From positions 34,350,001-34,414,000 of the forward strand of contig CM097885.1 of NCBI GenBank assembly GCA_044892525.1: DNA of 64,000 nt, written 5' to 3'. The position numbers were made by a program, and so were the translations under genes. Positions 1 to 12,707 of this stretch are shown one piece after another; position 1 is the stretch's first letter, and every line of letters begins with the position of its first letter. The DNA is from Schmidtea polychroa (taxonomy: Eukaryota). Below the pieces are notes generated by a model. The model made no database searches, was not told where the DNA came from, and saw nothing but the letters and a program-made list of their open reading frames with translations.

Positions 1-1333
1 TTAATTTAATATTAGATAACATTTGGTCTTCAAATTTAGGTAAATAAAATTCTACTTTTCGAATTTTATTATTTACAGTTATTTTTAATTCAGGTTCCAG
101 ATATCCACATGCCTGAGCCTGATGGTCAAGAGAAGGGCCACTCCGGATTATCGAATCAGAACTTGATTTTTTTACAAATAAATTTTTATTTAAATTTTTT
201 ACTTTATTTTTAGTTGAGTAATTAGTATAATTAGGATCATTAGAATCATTAGAGATATTCGTTCTAGATCCAGCATTTAAGGGGTTATTTATAATTTTAG
301 GTTTAATTATATTTAAAGCATTTGAATTATTTCTTAATTTAATAATATAAGAAATTTTTCTATTTAATTTATGTTTTTGATTTTGAAAATCATTTACTTT
401 ATTTTGATAAGAATTATATCTATCAGAATGAAATCCATTACTAAAATTGTTTTTAAATTCATTATCTTTTACAAAATTCATTCAGAGCCATTGTGATTTT
501 AAGAGCAATTGTTTTATTCGTAAAACTATGCCGATTTAGAAGGATTGGATCGATGAAGTAAGAAATAAGGGAAGATTTACAATAAACGAAGATCCAATGA
601 GATTTGTTGATGTTAAGGGGGCGTAATATTACTTGTGCTTTCAAAACTCTTTCCGGAATTGGGAAAGTGTCATTCTCGAGGTTGGAGCACAAAATCTCAA
701 CAATAAAACATTTAATAGACGCAAATTCTGGGTTGATGATGTGATTGTCGAGAAAGTTATCGATCTCATCATCAGTGAACCAGATCTTTGGGTCGTATTT
801 TACTATAAAATTTTTATCATGTTTAATAATATTTATTGTGCTGTCTGCATCAGTCTCCTTCGAGATTGGGGCAGATGTTGAGACTGATGCAGGCACGAAC
901 TTTCATTTAATCTTGGGAACTACTTTCCTCGTTTTCCTACTTGGTCTAGTTAGTAGGTCCTTCTGTTGATCACAAGTGGAAATTGTGGGTGTAGATGGGA
1001 TTATATCCAAATCAACAGGCAGCTGTCGTTTCAGAGTTGTCTGTTCCTTTAGTTCAGATTTCAAAGAGTCTCTATGGAGTTAGATGTCTCTTTCGCAACC
1101 GGTTCCACGGATTCTTTGATGGTTTCTGAGGTGTTTGAATCAGATGTGTCCGTTTTTTGTTCACCGTTATTTCCAATCACATATGGCAGCAGAACATCAA
1201 GCATGCCTGTAATAATGCAAGATATACGGTAGGAGAATTTACTGGTGAATAGAAATTTCTTTTTGTCTCTAAGAATGAAAAAAAGAAATCTTTTAGCCTT
1301 ATTCATCTCTTTGTCATTTGTGACTAGTTCCAT
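1..1333 (-). pseudogene. Broken ORF series with a Ulp1/C48-like protease fragment; possibly the 5' part of a NeSL-like non-LTR retrotransposon running off the left edge
   Basis: Minus-strand ORFs 1061-1333 and 462-896; the latter has WFTDDEID...RPLNINKSHWIFV...YFIDP, resembling the P-x-N-xxx-HW...D part of SUMO-type cysteine proteases. No catalytic Cys motif and no RT are seen in the window, so the family call is tentative. Confidence 0.35.
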
Positions 1334-2574
1334 TTTAATAATTATGGTGGGTTACAGGTAATCCAAAGTTTCTACCTACTCGTGCTGTTTCCAGCGTAAC
1401 CCAGAATACACTTGACAGCAGACCACTTGATACCCGTTGAGCAATCAACGTTGGTACTGTATCAAGGGTTTGAGTACTAGCAAATATTGAGCATGCTTAG
1501 CATACTATAATTGTTCAGCACCCACTGGGGTTCACGGACTGCCGAAAGAAGGCTTATGTCCGATTTCTTATTCAGGTCCCCATCTATTCCGACCGATTGA
1601 GTGTCGTTCCATTTATATTTATTCCATTTAAAATACAAAACCACGTTTTCTTTATTCAACGATTTCCCGTTTGTCGTTACTCACACTCCATTTCAGACAT
1701 GTCCCTGTACGCGTGTACACACATAGGTATTCGCCTCTCCATCCATCTCTTCATACACCTGTATACGCCCATCTATTCACGTCCTTGAGCTTGCCGGATT
1801 ATCTGGGTGTATTCGATTCGGTTTTAATCACGTTCAAACATCCAACATACTCTATTTAAATTTACTGCATTCTCGATCCTCGTTTTTATCAATTAGTTTT
1901 TAAATGCCTAATTTAGCTTTTAATTAATTTAATTTTTAACGAAATATCGATCCTGATGAGGCATTATCTCCTAGAAATTTAGAGAAAACATTCAATTTCA
2001 TGTCTTCATTATTGCTTCAAAAACATACAGAAAACGTTGATCTTTTTAAATTACATTATTAATTAACTTTGTTTAAGTTAACTATTTTAATCTAAAATCT
2101 TGTTTACCACTGGATGGTAATTTGAAATTTAATATATATATATTTTTATTTTCATGATTAAACCAGTGAATCGAATTTTACCACTAAATTCGGGTACACT
2201 GGGGTGATAAGTATTAGTGACGAGCCTAGCTACTCGTGTTACTTACTTATCCCTCAGTTGTACTCGTCATGAGTGGTGTAATCACCATTTCTCGTATTGG
2301 AGGGTAATTTATTTTATTAAAATGCTTATTTTTAGATATTTAAACGGAAAGTTTACAACTGAAGACGATTTTAAATCTGAAATAGAAACGCTAGTCGGAG
2401 CACACGGGTATAAACTACCTAGCAAACTTTTCAGGAAAAGGTGAATTTCCATTCATTATTGGAATTCTATCGGCTCTCAAAACGAACAATTTGCAAGTAG
2501 TGGGATGTGTCACCACTGGCACATGTCACCTCTGGCACACTACCCCCCGGGGGGGGTAAACGAAATATTTTATT

Positions 2575-2968
2575 TCAAGGTCAAATTTTAAACAAAGACA
2601 TATGACTCATCAAGGTCATTGAAACAAAGACCATGACTCATCCTATGACTCATCAAGGTCATTGAAACAAAGACCATGACTCATCGAGGTCATTGGATGA
2701 CTCATCAAGGTCATTGAAACAAAGACCATGACTCATTCAAGGTCAAATGATGACTCATCAAGGTCGTTGAAACAAAGACCATGACTCATTCAAGGTCAAG
2801 GATGACTCGTCAAGGTCATTGAAACAAAGGCCATGACTCACTCAAGGTCATATGATGACTCATCAAGGTCATATTTTTAATGGCAAGGTCATATTTTTAA
2901 AGGTCAAGGTCATATTTTTTAATGTCAAGATCATATTTTTTAAGGTCAAGGCCATATTTTAAGGTCAA
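2575..2968 (+). repeat. Subterminal tandem array of ATGACTCAT / TCAAGGTCA / AACAAAG modules
   Basis: 21-32-bp units such as ATGACTCATCAAGGTCATTGAAACAAAGACC (about 10 TGACTCA sites), followed by AAGGTCAAGGTCATATTTTT units. Confidence 0.9.
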
Positions 2969-2982
2969 ACCTTCACCAAAGG

Positions 2983-3660
2983 GTATCATTCGAAAGTTAT
3001 TTGAGAGGTCTATCTAATGGTCATATCCTCGAAGGTGGGTCAATAACCTTCAAAGGGTCAAAAACCTTCGAATATTTTCAAACTTTATAATATATATATC
3101 AGTCGAAAGGTATTTGAGAGGTAAGTATGATGGTCTAATCCTCGAAGGTGTATGGTTGGTCAATAACCTTTAAAGGGTCAAAAACCTTCGATTTTTTTCA
3201 AACTTTATAATATATATATCAGTCGAAAGGTATTTGAGAGGTAAGTATGATGGTCATACCCTCGAAGGTGTATGGTGGGTCCTCGGCCTTCAAAGGGTCA
3301 AAAACCTTCAAATTTTTTCAAACTTTATAATATATATATCAGTCGAAAAGTATTTGAGAGGTCTATCTAATGGCTATATCCTCAAAGGTATATGGTGGGT
3401 CAATAACCTTCAAAGGGTATCCAAAATTAAATATTTTTTAAATCATATAATATATATATCATTCAAAAGGACTTTTGATGGTGAGTTCGAAGGTCCAAGG
3501 GTCGAAGGGTCCAAGGTTCAAAAATTTTAAAACCTTATAATATACATATCAAACAAAAGGTAATTCAAAGATGAGTATGATGGTCCAAGTTTGAAGGTCA
3601 AAAGAGTCCAAGGATCCAAGGTTTAAATTTTTCAAACCTTATAATATACATATCAAACAA
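2983..3660 (+). repeat. 120-bp tandem repeat inside the left TIR
   Basis: AACTTTATAATATATATATCAGTCGAAAGGTATTTGAGAG recurs at 3081, 3201 and 3321, with diverged units on either side. Confidence 0.9.
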
Positions 3661-3858
3661 ACGGTAATAAAAAAGTACTCATCGATGACTCATTTATTTT
3701 TTGAACAAACTCATCATTTTCAGAACATAGACAATGACGCGCCCATGGGATTTATTATTTATTACTATCAAATGTATTATTATTATTTATTATTATTAAT
3801 TTCAATCTTATTTATTATTATTATTATTTTCGAAGATATTTTCAAAATTTATTATTAA

Positions 3859-4011
<153 letters not shown>

Positions 4012-7000
4012 CATCAAGTTTTAATTATCAAGGTAATTTAAACAAAGACAATGACTCAGTCGCTGAGTCACCAAGGTTGTTCTATTTTTAGTAACAAAGA
4101 CATCTATTTTTAGTAACATTTTAAATATAATTTTAGTAACATTTTTGATCCGATGACTCACCAAGGTCGTTCTATTTTTAGTAACAAAGACATCTATTTT
4201 AGTAACATTTTTAATATAATTTTAGTAACATTTTTGATCCGATGACTCACCAAGGTCGTTCTATTTTTAGTAACAAAGACATCTATTTTTGTTCCAGCGG
4301 TTTATTTTTTGTTTACGTAATAATTTAATTTTGTTTAAATTGTTAATTATATAATAATAATTTTATTTTTTGTTTTAATTATCGAATACGTAATAATTTA
4401 ATTTTGTTTAAATCGTTGATTATATAATAATATTTTTTTTTGTTTTAATTATCGAATACGTAATAATTTAATTTTGTTTAATTCGTTGATTATATATTAT
4501 TTTTATTTTTGCTTTAATTATCGATTACGTATTAATTTTATTTTATTTAAATCGTTAATTATATAATAATATTTAATTTTTGTTTTAATTATCGAATACG
4601 TAATAATTTAATTTTATTTAAATCGTTAATTATATAATAATATTTTTTTTGTTTTAAATTTCGATTACGTAATAATTTAATTTATCATTAATATTTGGAA
4701 AGATATTACCGCCCGCGCGGAAGATGTTATTTTCAAAAATATTATTTCCAAAGTTTTAATCAATATTATTATTATTATATACTCTGAGTTTATCCGACAA
4801 GATATTTTCTCCCTCTATGGGTACTGTTCACAAATGGTACTGCTCGTAGGGGTACTGCTCGTAGGGGTACTGGTCGTAAAGGTACTGGTGTGTTTTAATG
4901 ATTTCATATAGGCAAATATTTGGTTATTATTTGGCATTAAATTCATTGGTAATTTTTTAGAGTTAGCGGGATTTTACTAACATCATTACTAACATGTTTT
5001 GTGAATAATTGAAAGAATATTTAAAAATTTAAGGTTTTAGTGTTAATTCTAAGACAAATTTAATTAATTTCTTGATAATTTGCTATATTTTATTGACTTG
5101 CTTTTAAATTTAAATAAAAATTATTTTTAATGACAGTTAGGTTAATAATTAGAGTTTTTACAATAATCAAGTGATTATTATTATTTAATTTTTGTAAAAA
5201 TTATTGTAAAATATACTGAAATTTGTGATTTTGAAAGATATATCACGGTTATAATTGCTATATAATTGGCTGAATCGATGAAGAATTATGATCAATATAT
5301 TTCATCTCTAGTTAGGTATTTGATGGTAAATGTGGTGAAATATTTGTAGAAAATATTGATTTTAGTGAATTTTGATCTTTTAGTGAGCTCTTACTACATG
5401 AATTTAGATATTAAATTATTTCAATGGAAGGATGTCTGTAACAATTAAATAAAATTCATATTTTGAAGAATTTTCTATGGATTTTAAGAGAATTGATATA
5501 TTAAAGTCGGTTGGATTTAGTGAAGGTTTAGTTAAGATGGTAATATATGATTTTTAAAGGGGGGTATTTAAAGGGGTAGAAATATTTAGTGAGGGATCGG
5601 TTAAGATGGAAATGTCTGAAATCTCTATTTAAATCGACAATGTTCTTATTGGTAAAATTTTAAAGGGAAATAGTCAGCTATGAATTAATAATAGTTCCTG
5701 TGAAATTATATCGTTTTAGAGGTTTATTAGGTCGTTATTGCACAGTAATTTATGTTTTAGAACAAGTTTTTATTAATTATCCACTGTTTTATTAAGTCGT
5801 TTAGGGTTAATGATCACTTGGTTTTGACAATGGAATATTTGAAATATGTAGAATTAATTGGGATTGATATCAAAGGTTATTAAATTATTTTATTTAAGAA
5901 GTTATTTTATTCATTGTGGGGACATCAGTGACAAAACTTGAGAAATATTGACTTAAAAGTTGGAAATCGACAACATCTAAAGAAAATTGATCTTTATTGA
6001 AGGAATTTTATGATTTTAATTAGATTTCTAGAAATTAAATCGGTTGAATAAAGGTAAAATCTATTGTAGGAATATTGTTATCGGATGTATAAATCTTTCA
6101 ATGATATTTTGCTAAATTACCTTTGTTAAATATTATTTTAAATGACTAAAAATGACAAAGTTAACCAATATTCTTAAATTATTTGCACAAAATATCCCTG
6201 TTTTGGTTACTCAAAAATCCCTATTTAAAAATGTTAATCATATATTTCTCACAAAGATATATTACACCCAATGATCATCTCATTAAATTAGAAAACAATT
6301 GTAACCCTATATTTCTAACTAATAACCACTTTAATTGGTTAAATGATAACCAAATGTTTCTATTATGACTCCTTTTTGCCTCGAACAAAGATAGAAATTT
6401 ACTCCAAATGATAAAGAATTTCTACCAAAATTATCAATAAATATATTAATGACCATGTATTTCTCACGAATTTATATAAATTATTGTAATGAGCACTAGA
6501 TGAATAAATTACCTATGAAATGCTAAATATGCATATATTACCTTTTGCTAAATATTAAATGACTAAACATGACAAAGTTAACCAATAAATTAGTCGCTCG
6601 AAATAAGAATTCGGTAAGTTTTATTCAAATTATTCACTAATTTCTGATATCCATGATCATCCATTTCTCACTATATTACCTAAGAATTTTTAACTAATAT
6701 ACATAGGCCTTAATTAATATACCCTTACGACATGTGACCAGTACCCTTACGACAAATACACATAAGGGGACAGAATATTTTGTCGGATAAATTCAGACTA
6801 TATATAAAAACTTACAATATGCTATGGTTTTTATTGATTAATTTGTTGTTGTCAAACACATCAAAATGTCAGATAATATTTATAAATCAACTAAAAAATA
6901 CACAAAAAATACTATATTACCTAAGAATTCAGTTATGTTTCTAGTTAAATAATTGAAATAATTGGTATATGTATCAACTATATCAAAATATTTGTTGTGA

Positions 7001-8268
7001 ATCCTAGAATATTTTAATTAAATGGTACAGCCAAAAACCAGGGATTTCTAACTAAATTGGTAAATTTATCTGGAAATATTTTACTTAAGAAATCGCTATA
7101 TTTAAAATAACTTTTCACTAAATTTCCTAAAAATTTGCTATATGGTAGTGTTAAATAAAATAATCATAATAATAATAAATAATAATATTATGTCAGGGCA
7201 TGAAAAAAATAATATAATTGTATGACTAATAAATTTGCAATACAAGTGCATAATTAACAAAGACTTTGCAATAAATGGGCATGATTAACAAAGACACTAG
7301 AAATATTATCTTTGCATTTTGTCGAAGATGTTTATGGCAGTAATATCAGAGGAGAATCAATGGACAGAAAGCATCATTATGATTTATAATAATTGTAAAT
7401 ATAATTGTAAATAACATTGTATATAATATATAATTGTATATATAATTGTAAATTTCAATATATATAAATAACACTATTTAAAAAATTAATACAAATATTA
7501 AAACAAAATGAATTAATAATGAATATGTTTTAATTAAAAGGTATTGAAATAAAACAATAAATTTTTAAAAACAAATTAAAACATTTATTTACGAAACAAT
7601 AATAACCAATACTACTGTAACACATAATGTCAACTTTAAAATATTGGTTAGGGTTTCTTCAGCTTTTCCAGCATCTTCATGGTTCTTGCGAAGATCTTTT
7701 TCCCATTTTATTGAACTCATGGGTATATTTCATTCTGAATAATCTAAAATAATATCATAAATACCAAACCATTCATCATATCATCAACATTTGGTAGTTG
7801 CGCCCAATATATTTAATTACCAAGATGATTTCATATTATTCAATGTTATGTATGGTAATAATTCATTTGACTTTGACATTGTATTGATTTGTATTGTGAA
7901 CTTACATGTATATAGTATGATATTCATTAATCAGTGTTGAACAGGTTTGACAATTGTGAACATTCTTCTCGTGACACTTAGAATAAACAATTACGTGACC
8001 ACACGGTAAATACAAAACCGAAACTTTTCTTAACATCGTTCAGTTTTTCCGTTAGCTTATTTTCAATCAAATCGGTTTTTGCTATCCATTCATAAATCAA
8101 ATTAGTGTTTTCAAAATGTAGAAATTGTAACCATGGTTGAAACTTCAAATGTCTAAGTAACATCATATTGTATAACAATAATAATAAGCATGACTAGTAC
8201 CCTTGCAACCTGTTGAGTGTGAGCAGTACCCATAGGGGGACAAAATATTTTGTCGGATAAACTCGGAC

Positions 8269-8272
<4 letters not shown>

Positions 8273-8346
<74 letters not shown>

Positions 8347-8875
8347 TACTTTGAAAATAAATAATAAGAAATTTGAAAATAATTTTGAAAATATTGAAAA
8401 TCGTGAAAATTATGAAAATGATGAAAATGTTGAAAATGATGAAAACGTTAAAAATTATGAATTATGAATTATGAAGTAAATAATAATAAAACATCGAAAA
8501 TAAAATAATAAGAACTTCGCAAAAAATAATAATAATAGTAATAATTATAATAACAATAATAATAATATACTTTGAAAAATATTCGATGAAAAGTTTCTGA
8601 AATAATCATGAAAATGTTGAAAATCGTGAAAATATTGAAAATGTAGAAAATTATTAAAATAATCATGGAAATGATGAAAATGATGAAAATATTGAAAATG
8701 TTGAAAATGATGAAAATATTGAAAATGATGAAAACGTTAAAATTTATGAAAATGTTCCTAAAAATAATCATCAAATATTGAAAATCGTAAATTGATGCAG
8801 AAAATAAAATAATAAGAACTTCGCAAATAATAATAATAATAATAATAGTAAAAATAATAATAATAATAATAAATA
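8273..8875. repeat. (AAT)n tracts plus 9-bp GAAAATRWT minisatellite
   Basis: AAT run 8273-8346, then GAAAATGAT/GAAAATATT/GAAAATGTT units in two blocks (~8385-8470 and ~8610-8790). Confidence 0.85.
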
Positions 8876-8984
8876 GGAGTTTTACAACATTAATTTCACA
8901 AAATACACTGAATGAGATTCATCGATTATGACACCACAACTCTGACATCTACTACAGTTTTTCAAACATATGGAACAAATAATG

Positions 8985-9455
8985 ATATGACCTTGAAATT
9001 AATAATATTTTGAAGAATAATAATATGACCTTGAAATTAATAATATTTTGAAGAATAATAATATGACCTTGAAAATAATAATATTTGAAAAATAATAATA
9101 TGACCTTGAAAATAATAATATTTTGAAAAATAATAATATGACCTTGAAATTAATAATATTTTGAAGAATAATAATATGACCTTGAAATTAATAATATTTT
9201 GAAGAATAATAATATGACCTTGAAAATAATAATATTTGAAAAATAATAATATGACCTTGAAAATAATAATATTTGAAAAAATAATAATATGACCTTGAGA
9301 ATAATAATATTTTGATAATAATAATATGACCTTGAAAATAATAATATTTGAAAAATAATAATATGACCTTGAAAATAATAATATTTTGAAAAATAATAAT
9401 ATGACCTTGAAAATAATAATATTTTGAAAAATAATAATATGACCTTGAAAATAAT
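8985..9455. repeat. 36-37-bp minisatellite carrying TGACCTTGA
   Basis: About 13 copies of ATATGACCTTGAAA(A/T)TAATAATATTTTGAA(A/G)AATAATA. Confidence 0.92.
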
Positions 9456-9577
9456 GAAGTTATAATAATGTTATAATAATAATAATATTAATACCCTTGC
9501 GACATGTTGAATGTGACCAGTACCCTTACGACAAATACACATAGGGGGACAGAATATTTTGTCGGATAAACTCGGAC

Positions 9578-9656
<79 letters not shown>

Positions 9657-10504
9657 GAATAATAAGAATAATAATAATATTGATTAAAACTTCGAAAATA
9701 ATAATTTTGAAAATAACATCTTCCGCGCGGGCGTTAATATCTTTCCCAATAATAATGATAAATTAAATTATTACGTAATCAACAATTAAAACAAAAAATT
9801 ATATAATCAACGATTTAAACAAAATTAAATTATTGAGTAATCGATAATTAAAACAAAAAATAAAATTATTATTATATAATTAACAATTTAAACAAAATTA
9901 AATTATTACGTATTCGATAATTAAAACAAAAAATAAAAATATTATTATATAATCAACGATTTAAACAAAATTAAATTATTTCGTAATCGATAATTAAAAC
10001 AAAATAAACCGCTGGAACAAAAATAGATGTCTTTGTTACTAAAAATAGAACGACCTTGATGACTCAGCGACTGAGTCATGGTCTTTGTTTAAATTTCCTT
10101 GATAATGAAAACTTGATGATAATAATAATAATAGTAATATTAATAATAAATTTTGAAAATATTTTCGAAAATAATAATAATACTATTGATAATAATAAAT
10201 AATATTGAAATTAATAATAATAAATAATAATAATACTATTGATAGTAATAAATAATAAATTCCATGGGCGCGTCATTGCATTTGTTCAAAAAATAAATGA
10301 GTCATCGATGAGTACTTTTTTATTACCGTTTGTTTGATATGTATATTATAAGGTTTGAAAAATTTTAACCTTGGATCCTTGGACTCTTTGACCTTCAAAC
10401 TTGGACCATCATATTCATCTTTGAATTACCTTTTGTTTGATATGTATATTATAATGTTTCTAAAATTTGAACCTTGGACCCTTCGACCTATGGACCTTCG
10501 AACT

Positions 10505-10960
10505 CACCTTTGAATTACCTTTTATTTGATATGTATATTATGAGGTTTTAAAAAATTTGAACCTTGGACCCTTTCGAGGGTATGGCCTTCAAGGGTATGA
10601 CCATCATACTCACCTTTGTATTACCTTTTATTTGACATGTATATTATGAGGTTTTAAAAAATTTGAACCTTGGACCCTTTCGAGGGTATGACCTTCAAGG
10701 GTATGACCATCATACTCACCTTTGTATTACCTTTTATTTGATATGTATATTATGAGGTTTTAAAAAATTTGAACCTTGGACCCTTTCGAGGATATGACCT
10801 TCAAGGGTATGACCATCATACTCACCTTTGCATTACCTTTTATTTGATATGTATATTATGAGGTTTTAAAAATTTTGAACCTTGGACCCTTTCGAGGGTA
10901 TGACCTTCAAGGGTATGACCATCATACTCACCTTTGTATTACCTTTTATTTGACATGTAT
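10505..10960. repeat. 106-bp tandem repeat inside the right TIR
   Basis: ATGTATATTATGAGGTTTTAAAA recurs at 10531, 10637, 10743 and 10849. Confidence 0.9.
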
Positions 10961-11299
10961 ATATCTATATGTATAATTTTTAAAGGTTTTGGACCCTTTG
11001 AAGGTTTGAAGGTTCAGGACCATTCATAAACCTTTGAAAGTATGACCATGATACTTACATCTCAAATACCTTTTGTTTGATATGTATGTTATAAGGTTTT
11101 AAAATTTTTGAACCTTGAACCCTTCGAACTCACCATCAAAAGTCCTTTCGAATGATATATATATATATATATATATATTATATGGTTTTAAAAATATTTA
11201 ATTTTGGACACCCTTTGAAGGTTATTGACCCACCTTTGAGGGTATAGCCATTAGATAGACCTCTCAAATACCTTTCGAATGATACCCTTTGGTGAAGGT

Positions 11300-11800
11300 T
11301 TGACTTTAAAATATGGCCTTGACCTTTAAAAATATGACCTTGACCTTAAAAATATGACCTTGGCCTTAAAAATATGACCTTGATGAGTCATCATATGACC
11401 TTGAGTGAGTCATGGTCTTTGTTTCAATGACCTTGAATGAGTCATCCTTTGACCTTGAATGAGTCATGGTCTTTGTTTCAATGACCTTGATGAGTCATCC
11501 AATGACCTTGAATGAGCCATGGTCTTTTTTCAATGACCTTGATGAGTCATCCAATGACCTTGATGAGTCATCCAATGACCTTGATGAGTCATCCAATGAC
11601 CTTGAATGAGTCATGGTCTTTGTTTCAGTTACCTTGATGAGTCATCCAATGACCTTGATGAGTCATCCAATGACCTTGAATGAGTCATGGTCTTTGTTTC
11701 AATGACCTTGATGAGTCATCCAATGACCTTGAATGAGTCATGGTCTTTGTTTCAATGACCTTGATGAGTCATATGTCTTTGTTTAAAATTTGACCTTGAA
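11300..11800 (-). repeat. Mirror subterminal array (TGACCTTGATGAGTCAT units)
   Basis: Reverse complement of the 2575-2968 array, with about 15 TGAGTCA sites. Confidence 0.9.
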
Positions 11801-12413
11801 AAAAATATTTTCGTTTACCCCCACGGGGGGTTGTGTGCCAGTGGTGACACATCCTACTACTTTTGCACTATAAAAGTTCCTATTTTGTTAGTTATTTTTT
11901 TCTTTTTTATTCATTCATTCTTATGCTTTCTTATTCTATTTATAATAATAATAATAACATTGATAGCAGTAATAATAATAATAGTAATAATAATAATGAT
12001 GATAATAATAATGATGATAATAATAATCGTAGTAATAATAATAGCACTAAGGGTAATACATGCAAAATTATAAAAAAATTTTAGGATTATAGGACGACTA
12101 GCAATAACCTTTATTCTTGTTATTATATAACTTGGGGTCTTTAGGGGGAACGGTGGTTATATTTTTATAAGGTTATTTTATAAATCTATATATACACACG
12201 CACACACATATATACATATTTATATATTTAATTTTAATTATTAATTGTGTCGTCGTTTTCTGGGGGGGGGCTGTTAATAAAAATAGATTTTAGTGGTTTT
12301 CTATAATTTTATTGGAAGATAGGGTCATTGAAGCTAAATTTAGAGATAGGGGAATCCCAAAATCGATAATTTGGTTTATAATTTTATTTCCATGAAATAA
12401 AGATAATTATTTT

Positions 12414-12707
12414 TGTTAGACGCAATTAAATTCAAGTCTTCTTCAAGCATTTATTTTTATAACAACTTCAAAAATTGAGCCGTTTACTAGAATATTTAAA
12501 CACCGAGGCGTGATAATTATTAATATTAATGTAAGTACTGGTCATACATTTAATTGATTTAATTTAATATAATTTAATATAATATGATATAATTTATTAT
12601 AGAATTTAAATATACAAATTTAACAGAAATAATTATTTCTACTAACTGATCTCACTTCTACCATTTAACCATAATAATTTTATATAGAGGTTTACTAACT
12701 CCTTACA
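12414..12707 (-). repeat. 3' LTR
   Basis: TGTTAGA...CCTTACA on +; identical to 17091-17384 except one substitution found by eye (GTAAGTACTG vs GTAATTACTG). Confidence 0.97.

Larger units (their letters stand above)
9540..11861 (-). repeat. Right terminal inverted repeat of the Polinton-like element
   Basis: Reverse complement of 2496-4825 with different copy numbers of the internal tandem arrays. Confidence 0.9.

Noticed and set aside
1953..1977. Hammerhead-like CTGATGA...GAAA core
   Set aside because: Stem II is weak and I could not find stems I and III or a cleavage triplet.
2575..2968. CRISPR-like regular repeats (also 8985-9455 and 11300-11800)
   Set aside because: Units are head-to-tail with no unique spacers, there are no cas genes, and the context is eukaryotic.
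3234..3530. 98-aa repetitive ORF
   Set aside because: By-product of the 120-bp tandem repeat; starts at TTG and has no recognisable motif.
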